DNA of 64,000 bases. Source: Tubiluchus corallicola. Lineage: Eukaryota; Animalia; Priapulida. Made by a program: the position numbers and the translations under genes. The notes under the pieces were generated by a model that was not told the origin of the DNA, made no database searches, and was given only the letters and a program-made list of their open reading frames with translations. The DNA is taken from contig JAQGDQ010000289.1 in the NCBI GenBank assembly GCA_030141605.1, forward strand, positions 1-64,000, in the 5' to 3' direction. Shown piece by piece: positions 56,441 to 64,000 of this stretch (position 1 is the stretch's first letter; each line of letters starts with the position of its first letter).

Positions 56441-56844
56441 CGCGCGTGCGTGCGTGTGTGTGTGTGTGTGGGGGGGGGGGGTGATCACAGACTTAATCGG
56501 TGAAGCCTTGTGCTGATTGACTATGTGGCTCGTGCAGGTAAAATTGTACAATAGGTATAACTGGGCTGGTGGGAATATCAGTAAAGAGGTTTGCAGGAGA
56601 CAGAAAGATTTGGGACTGGGAGCAGTACCAGAATGTGAATTAACATGTGACAATTAAGCTACCTAGGTACCGTACATGTCTATTAAAGTCTGCTATTTGT
56701 TTAGACGTCAAAGGAATACAACTAAGGCACTGTGGCGCTAGGGCAGGTGACCTGCAATAAAGGATCATTTGAAGGACAGAAGCCAAGGAAAAATAAACCG
56801 ATAATAAACACAGATAACACACTGCAATTCACATGCTAACAAGG

Positions 56845-56881
<37 letters not shown>

Positions 56882-57130
56882 TATATATTATATGTTTTAT
56901 ATAATGTTATATATATTATCTGTTATACATTTTATAATTTTTTATAATGTTATGCAGCTTGCAGCCTAACTGTAGAAACTACAGTTGAAATCGACCAGGA
57001 CTATTGAATGCACGATACTGAGCGTTCAATAGTCTCCGAATTGTTAGAACTTATTTAAAAAACGTAAATATACTTATGAATTGAGTAAAGACAAATCAAA
57101 GGAATTTTTGCGGCTGCTATTTTATGCCGT
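55802..57130 (+). repeat. Pair of dispersed direct repeats (55802-55918 and 56989-57130)
   Basis: Both copies read AATCGACCAG.GACTATTGAAT...GTTCARTAGTCTCYGAAT...GAACTTAT.TAAAAAA...TTTTT.GCGGCT..TATTTTATGYCGT. Confidence 0.8.
56402..56481. repeat. (TG)n(CG)n(TG)n alternating purine-pyrimidine tract followed by a G-run
   Basis: Directly visible. Confidence 0.95.
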
Positions 57131-57673
57131 GTGGTGAGGAAGTACTGATAAGAAGACATTATATACAGCGTTTGTCACCGCTCTCTCCCCAAACATTTTA
57201 CACCAAATTTATGTGTTGTGGCAGTTCAAATTAGTATGTGTTTATGCAAGTTAGCAATTTCAAAAGCCCGTTGAAATACCAGAATCTGTGAGAAAATCAA
57301 AAGAACAACCAGTTTAATTTTTATTTTATACGCATCTTTAGTGCATTGTGGAAAAAATTATGTTCCCGGTTGCTATGAAATATTTTACTACAGAAAAAAA
57401 AATTAGTGCTGCAAGGATGAAAATTGAGACTTGCCAAATGATAATTAGAGCATGCAATTTCTAGGCAGAACATTCAAGCTACTACTAACTCGAAATTTTT
57501 AGCATCTCCTTTTTTCTTCAGTTTATGAAACAGTCCTTATAAAAAGTTAAAGTCCAAAAATTTAGGTTGATTATTTATACCAAATCTTTTTTTTACACAG
57601 AGCCTTAATTAAAATATTGAGTTGCTGTAAAATAAATTGATGTGAACTATAATATTTAAGCATCTGGCTGTAA

Positions 57674-59173
57674 TCATACATATCTGTTGTAAATTTGGAA
57701 AGCTTTCAGCGTCACTTTGAAAGTCACAATTTGTCCACTATCTACAAAACCATTCCTAGAGTCGATTAATGAGTTATACTGCAAAAAATTATCTTCAAGC
57801 CAGTAGGCTGGGCATATGTCTTCATTGAGTAACCGCCTGATGTTCTGTTCAGTGTCCTGATTGACTAAATCCATCGCTGAGTTTTTTTGGATGGAAAATC
57901 CACTATGGCTGTAGCCAGCTTGTGGTTTAATTATTACGTTCACACAGCATCCCAAACTGCCAGCACCTTCTGTTGAGTCTGTGTTGTGGCAATTGGCACT
58001 GCAACACCTGAAGATGCCCAGTTCCCAGCGTGCTCGCGCAATGGGAGTGTCCGCTTCACTGAAGAAAAATGCACCCCCTCCAGGCGTTAGACAAGATCGG
58101 CAAATGTCCTCTAGTTGCACCTTGTAAATAATAGTACCTTCTCCCATCCATGGATTTAATGGTCTTTGACATTGAGCGAACATTGACTTTTGGCTTCCTG
58201 AAGCAAACATGGTCAACATGACATTTACAATCTCTGAATCCGTTAATAGTCCAGAAACTGCTGGTCCAGCACAGAATTCTCTGGGGTCCATCAGAGGAAA
58301 TCTGATTTCGTAGAGTATTGCATCCAACACTTTGCGTCTGTTAGTTACAGACGATTCCAGACCTTTTCTCCAACAATGTGCTTCTGCCCAGTTCATTACT
58401 GCTTCAAAAATATCTGATTCGGTAACAGAAGCATTGGCTATTTGGACGGTCATTAGTACACTGCTGTAACAGAGGCTTGCAAATCCTTCAGAGTTGAAAA
58501 CTTCCTTTGGATTGCGGTCAATGATCTGCAGGCATTTCTGCTGAAGGTCGTCTTTCTCATAAAGTCTACTGCCTTCTAATACATCACAAACGCTATCTAC
58601 CGTAAGATTAGATTCGATATAAGCAAATGCCTGGTCTTCCAGGTTCTTGATGGAATACTTTCTTGCAGCGTAGACTATTTCAAAAGCTGTGTCGGCTGTG
58701 ATATCTACATCATCAGTGTAGATGAACTCCAGCATCTTGTTGAAGACAGTAGGACTGATGTCAGGAATTGCAATTACCATTCTATTTGGATCTGCCATTC
58801 TTCCCATGAACATTCTGTAAAAAACTTTGCTGCTGATTGCAAGAACAAATTTGCTAGCTCCAATTGATATCGATTCTTTACCAACCAAAAATTCGACATC
58901 GGAAAACAACTCATTGTCTAAGTTTAACAGAGTGCGAAGTCTATCTGTCCATCCTCGTTTACTGTTCAATAGTTCGATAGTTGAATCAATTTCCAATTCT
59001 GAAACAGGACTGTAAGACATTTTGTTGTTTTCAGAATTTATGGAGTTTACTGATGGACCTGAGGTTTCGATTTTCAGACATTCTCGTTGGACTGCCGTGG
59101 TGATTACTTTTGATGCTACGTTGTGTTCCAAACGTTTTGAAACAGCATTAGAATAGTGAACAGAATCACGCAT
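57674..59173 (-). CDS. BTB/POZ-BACK domain protein (BTBD1/2/3/6-like N-terminal half) with putative C-terminal MATH/TRAF-like domain; single coding exon
   Basis: Uninterrupted 499-aa ORF. BTB motifs SDVEFLVG, KFVLAISSKVFYRMF, IPDISPTVFNKMLEFIYTD. BACK motifs ESDIFEAVMNWAEAHC and IRFPLM. C-terminal RWELGIF...LVNQD...NFLQYNSLIDSRNGFVDSGQIVTFKVTL is MATH-like (inference). Confidence 0.9.
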   Translation of the reverse strand: MRDSVHYSNAVSKRLEHNVASKVITTAVQRECLKIETSGPSVNSINSENNKMSYSPVSELEIDSTIELLNSKRGWTDRLRTLLNLDNELFSDVEFLVGKESISIGASKFVLAISSKVFYRMFMGRMADPNRMVIAIPDISPTVFNKMLEFIYTDDVDITADTAFEIVYAARKYSIKNLEDQAFAYIESNLTVDSVCDVLEGSRLYEKDDLQQKCLQIIDRNPKEVFNSEGFASLCYSSVLMTVQIANASVTESDIFEAVMNWAEAHCWRKGLESSVTNRRKVLDAILYEIRFPLMDPREFCAGPAVSGLLTDSEIVNVMLTMFASGSQKSMFAQCQRPLNPWMGEGTIIYKVQLEDICRSCLTPGGGAFFFSEADTPIARARWELGIFRCCSANCHNTDSTEGAGSLGCCVNVIIKPQAGYSHSGFSIQKNSAMDLVNQDTEQNIRRLLNEDICPAYWLEDNFLQYNSLIDSRNGFVDSGQIVTFKVTLKAFQIYNRYV

Positions 59174-60391
59174 CGCGCTGGTTTCTTTACGAACGCTGTC
59201 TAGAATTTTTCAATGTATAAGCATTGTTAAGACGCAAATTATTGTTTGCGCGCATTCCTACAAAGATGCATCATCCAGTCAAAAGTCACAATAAACTTTT
59301 CATGCTATTAAATTGCTTATACTGTATATGTATACCGGCAAATAATTACCAAATGCATATAATCTTACGCGAATTAATTACTTACTTTCATGGTGATGTT
59401 TCACCCAGCATGAGGAGTGCTACATTAAACATATATAAAAATATTACATATTAAAAAATGTGGTAGCCGCACAGATTTTAATAAAAAGTCGTAAAACCCA
59501 AAAACGGTCTAAAACGCTGTATTTTTTTCAGTTCTTCAATAACAGACAGCCTACCTTCGATAAATTCGTTATGATCATTATCTTCTTCATTGTATAATTC
59601 CCTATCATTATCATTAACAGCGACAATAGTAAAGCAATAACAAAAGTAGTGCAAGGAATGACGACAACAACAGTTATTATTAAAGAATTATGTTTATTAT
59701 TCTGAGTAACTCTGAGTTAAACAACTTTCTACATAAAGAACACACACACGGGCTGTCGTGTGCTGCCACCTGTAAGTCGCGAAAGCAGATCTTAAACAAA
59801 CTTTTCAATGATTTCAATCATCACCGCTGGATTTCTTCTTATTTAAAAATATCTTGTTATGTATGTTTATAATATAAAATAGGTGCTAAACGCGAGGCAT
59901 AAATTAAAACCCATTACGTCATGCAGTAATTTATACACAGGCATTTAAACATCAATTAACTGTCATGCAAAGTCAGATCAACTGCATTATCTATAAATCT
60001 GCATTTTTAGCTGTGATTGAGATACAACTGGCTTATAGTTTTTCACTGCCGGATATACAGAAAGGAGTTAACTAAATATTTAATAATTTCTAAATACAAA
60101 ACGGCACTTGGATAGTTTATGTAGGTTTGTTAGTTTACGTGTACACAGTTTTCCACTTTAGCGAATGCCGATTACACGCAATATGACTGTCTTTGATTTA
60201 ACATGTGTACACAGTTTGTACATGTTAGCCCACCACATGAATAGTAAGTGGGATAGGCAAGTGGGAAGTGGTATGATGCATGATGTATCATCAAGTAAAG
60301 CAAACCAGGTACTATTACTGGGTCAACTGCACGGACAGTCGCCATTCGCACACAAACCACGTGCAAAACCCGAAAAAACGCAACATAATTA

Positions 60392-60846
60392 CCGTATTTT
60401 CCCGTGTATAAGAGACCCTTTTTTGCTCAGAATTTTCACTTTAAAAATAGGGGGTCTCTTATACATGGGAGTAAGTCTTTTCAATAAGATGCATAAATTG
60501 TGACACTAATGATTTTAAAGAAATAAGTGCTCTACAACTGTTTTGCGTGTCGCGTTCGACTATGAAGCGGTTGTAAGCAATACAAGCATCGTGACACAGG
60601 CATTATCTCCTCGTTTTCTCTTTTCCTGTTACAGGTTTGCAGGTACGCACTTTAATATATACCAGTACTCTTTTTCTACAACACATTAACTGGTTTTATT
60701 TTGTTTTCAGTACCGCACTGAGTTGAAAAAAGTTGTACTTTACCCTCTAAAAATGTCCGTCTGAAAAAACTTTTTTCCAGAATTTTTGCCTAAAAATTGA
60801 AGGGGTCTCTTATACACAAGGGTCTCTTATACACGGGAAAATACGG
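60392..60846. mobile_element. Tc1/mariner (Tc2/pogo-like, CCGTA termini) MITE
   Basis: Perfect 29-bp TIR CCGTATTTTCCCGTGTATAAGAGACCCTT flanked by TA on both sides. Internal GGGGTCTCTTATACA subrepeats. Confidence 0.92.
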
Positions 60847-60981
60847 TAATGTTGTGTACGCTTTTCAAACGGTGTTACTCGACAAAAAGCTTCAGTTAGT
60901 CCCCCATTTGCTCCACCTACGTTTATTCAAATCAAATAAGCACAAGTATGTGCTCATACGAGCTAGTAACTAAATACCGCG

Positions 60982-61449
60982 TTACGACGATGTTCGTGTA
61001 ACTGAGGCGATTTCTTCTTCTGGTGTTTCTTTGATTTGCAGTTCAGCAAGGCGAGGTTTACTCAGTTTGTGCTTTAGCGCGTTTTTCATGGTCACCAATT
61101 TCGACTTTCGGTCATAGGCCACGCCACAGCGAACGTGTTCTGATTTGATTTCATTGATCAAACAAGTGAACGCCATAATGACGTCATCGTAGTCCTCCGC
61201 CACAGACAGCTCGTAGAACAAACAGTGATATTGCTCGGAAAACTCTGTTCCTTCCGCTGGTAACACTTGGCGAAAGTGTTCCAAATCTCGCTTGTTCCCT
61301 ATGACCATTATTGGCGCGTTTCTCAAACGAATTCTGCTTAACTCGTTCTTAAAATCACACAGAGAAGCCAAACTGTCCTTGTCAGTTATTGAATACACCA
61401 GGATAAACGCGTCCGCCCATTTTATGTTGGCGTCCGTTTTTTCACAACT
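60982..61449 (-). CDS. RERG/RERGL/RASL-like small GTPase, last coding exon
   Basis: Acceptor TTTTCAG, then SCEKTDANIKWADAFILVYSITDKDS...IMVIGNKRDLEHFRQV...FYELSVAED. G4 NKxD and a G5-like motif are present. No CAAX box (ends VTRTSS*), as in the RERG family. Confidence 0.9.
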   Translation of the reverse strand, partial: SCEKTDANIKWADAFILVYSITDKDSLASLCDFKNELSRIRLRNAPIMVIGNKRDLEHFRQVLPAEGTEFSEQYHCLFYELSVAEDYDDVIMAFTCLINEIKSEHVRCGVAYDRKSKLVTMKNALKHKLSKPRLAELQIKETPEEEIASVTRTSS

Positions 61450-62057
61450 CTGAAAAGAAAAATTATTAATTCAGCAACGTGAACAGGACTGGGGTGCTAC
61501 GATATTACGAATTTCTGGCAAATCAGTAAACGATGCATTGATATAAATTGATATAAATCACAGTAATAGTAATTAATTATTGTCGTCAATTCAGTAATCC
61601 CTTAAGTGGCATTTCACTTTTATTGCCTAATTTAGAATCTAAATACGAACTATAGTTGCTAATTGCGTTACACTGAAAAGGAGCTTCTTGCTGTACTTAG
61701 GTCAAATACTTGAATACTCGATTACTTAGGTCAAATACTGAAGACAGCGTCAGTAGATTAAATTGTTGTAAATGCCTGCCAAAAGATGTTTTTCCAATAA
61801 AATGCTTTGGATATCCAACATTAACTAGCACACGAGCACAGGTAGAAAAAAACAATTATTATGTGTAAACAATATGGACATATTGAACAAAAGTACCTAG
61901 CCAAAAAATTGTTTCTTATTAAAAAACTAATTTGGGACTGAAAGAGTTAACATAGGGATATTTTCCAAATAACTCATGATATTATTCTGATTTGACTAAT
62001 GACACATAATGTAAATGTCATCGATAAACTGTCATCTCTTGCTCGAGATTGCTTAAG

Positions 62058-62107
62058 TATCGTTATCATCACCATCATCATCATTATCATCATCATCATC
62101 ATCATCA

Positions 62108-62140
<33 letters not shown>

Positions 62141-62205
62141 TCATCATCATCGCCATCACCATTACCATTGTTATCACTCTCGTCATCGTCATCATCATTA
62201 TTATC
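62058..62205. repeat. (CAT)n(CGT)n compound microsatellite in GTPase intron
   Basis: Directly visible. Source of the poly-H/R/I/V ORFs. Confidence 0.97.
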
Positions 62206-62267
62206 CTTATCAAATGCCAGTCAACAATGATCATACCCATGATCATCGCTGTAGTTATCACTGATAC

Positions 62268-62344
62268 CTGATTCATTTGGCCATCAAGAATATCTACTTC
62301 TACGAATTCGTCCTCATAAGCAAACCTCCAACTGTAGACGATTT
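62268..62344 (-). CDS. RERG-like small GTPase, penultimate coding exon
   Basis: Acceptor TTCTTCTAG, (E)IVYSWRFAYEDEFVEVDILDGQMNQ, donor CAG|GTATCA. Phase 0 joins the last exon. Aligns with the RERG segment ESTY...DEVVSMEILDTAGQ. Upstream P-loop exons were not found in the window. Confidence 0.8.
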
Positions 62345-62598
62345 CTAGAAGAAAAAAGACGAAAAAGATTTCAAGGATCTTAGCAACGCAAGGCAACGTA
62401 TATTTTGCAAAATAACACTTACTATTTATTCATTATTTAACCTTTAATTTTTAAAGTTTAAAAAATACATACTTCAACTAGTAAAAAACATAACTGAAAA
62501 TAAATAAAGGTTGAAAATTGTTTGTATTGACATTACTTCGTCAATACATTAATTATTTCATCGCTACTTTAACAATTATTCAGTTTTATGTATGTTTA

Positions 62599-62629
<31 letters not shown>

Positions 62630-64000
62630 GTAACAGAAATAAGCAGTTAGGCGACATGTACCTCATTTTTTGCTAGTGTAGATTCTTTCATTGTTTTTAG
62701 TTCAAGTAGGTTCCCACTTATTTTTAAATTGTCTCTTTTGTATTAATGATGTTGTCGTCACTAAATGATTATTTTTCTTTATCTGTAATTTGCCACTCAT
62801 AACTTCTATGTGTAAAGCGAATAATCACCAATTTTTAAGTACCAAAGATATGTTTCGTAGTCATTTAGGAATTTTACACCTATGTTGGGCAAGAAGCAGT
62901 TGCCAACGGAGAGAAAAATTCTCATGTGGTGTTATATGATTTCCCATTCCAGAAACTACAAATCTTGTCCATGGCCTTGTAACTGTGACACATATAACGC
63001 ATATTTAGAGCATATTTACATTCAGACGTAGGTTTTGAGGACACAAGTGAAATGGCTAGGATAATATTTTCTCTAGGCAGATTGTAATATTTGTTGCTGG
63101 AAACTGCTACATACCAGGACAGCTGAGCACTTTTATACGAAAATTAAACGCTTAAAATTAAATCAGAGTTTGGATCAGATTTATTTGCATGCTATGAAAG
63201 CAACATACACGTTTTGCTGCACTATTATAATGTGCAACTCCCACTTATCAATATAGCGTGAATATTTCACATGGAGATTTTAACCAACGCTTAAAGATTA
63301 TCCTAGACAGATGATCGGCTCAGGTTCTTTTTCAATGTCATACATGGAATCACCTCCTGGGTAATCGCAGGCTTTTATTACTTCTGGATCCCCATCAGGA
63401 TTGCACATTTCGTGTATCCGTAATATTTAGCAAAAATTTTCCGACCTTTCTCCAAAACAAACTTTCCTGGAAATATCATATAAATCCAACAATCCAGTTA
63501 CCAATGCCTAATTATGATATCATGCCACAGTAAAACTCCTCTACAGCAGTACAGAAACCAGATGGCTTCTTGTAGTGGTTTCTTTTACTGTGAACACATG
63601 TGAGAATGCTGCTATCAACGGATAAACACCAACCAAGAATTCGCAATGACAGATAACTACGAGTTCCACATATCTGTGAATTTATGACTATAAAATTCCA
63701 GCTCACTAGACTTCCTCGTTACACTCGCTTTGAAAGTTTTTCTTTTTCCAATATATCATTATAATTAAATGTATTTGTATTAAAACATGCTAGTCTGTGT
63801 GAGTAATTTTGTAATTTTTGTATCATCATTCGTTTCAATCGTTCGTCACTTGTGCTTTTTATATATGACTCCTTTTTGGACTCACCTCAGTACTTTTACA
63901 CGCTAAACGCAACGTAGTTATTTTAATGTGTCTTCAAATTGTAAACTGACATAGATACGAGTCATTGTGTTTGCCTTTGTAAGCTTTTGCTTAGTTTTGC

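Noticed and set aside
61694-61739. Two AGGTCA half-sites in the RERG-like intron as a nuclear receptor element
   Set aside because: Product of a local 17-bp duplication; spacing fits no DR/IR response element.
61974-62396. 140-aa ORF as a whole
   Set aside because: Only 62268-62344 is exon; the rest is intron and microsatellite.
62810-62850. KIGDYS peptide as the missing GTPase switch I exon
   Set aside because: No surrounding LTVRF-like sequence, an in-frame stop nearby, and no compatible splice sites.

Overview
AT-rich metazoan genomic DNA, not prokaryotic. It is probably from a protostome invertebrate, judging by the Meis linker sequence and TTAGGG-type repeats; the exact taxon cannot be determined. 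Most of the window (1-53317, minus strand) is one large-intron TALE homeobox gene, Meis/homothorax. Seven coding exons with canonical GT-AG sites and compatible phases join into 341 codons: N-terminus, MEIS/HM domain, linker and homeodomain helix 1. The remaining homeodomain exons were not found and presumably lie left of position 1. Upstream on the same strand are a single-exon 499-aa BTB-BACK gene with an apparently MATH-like C-terminus (57674-59173) and the last two coding exons of a RERG/RERGL-like small GTPase with a degenerate G3 motif (60982-62344). Introns hold a 5'-truncated CR1/L2-type LINE, several Tc1/mariner- and hAT-like MITEs, a foldback element with a telomeric core, minisatellites and many microsatellites. 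Most short ORFs in the supplied track are spurious. No clearly novel system is proven. The best leads are the BTB-BACK-MATH-like protein, the atypical GTPase, clustered Meis/Pbx/Hox motifs in the Meis gene itself, and a possible homeodomain-less Meis isoform.
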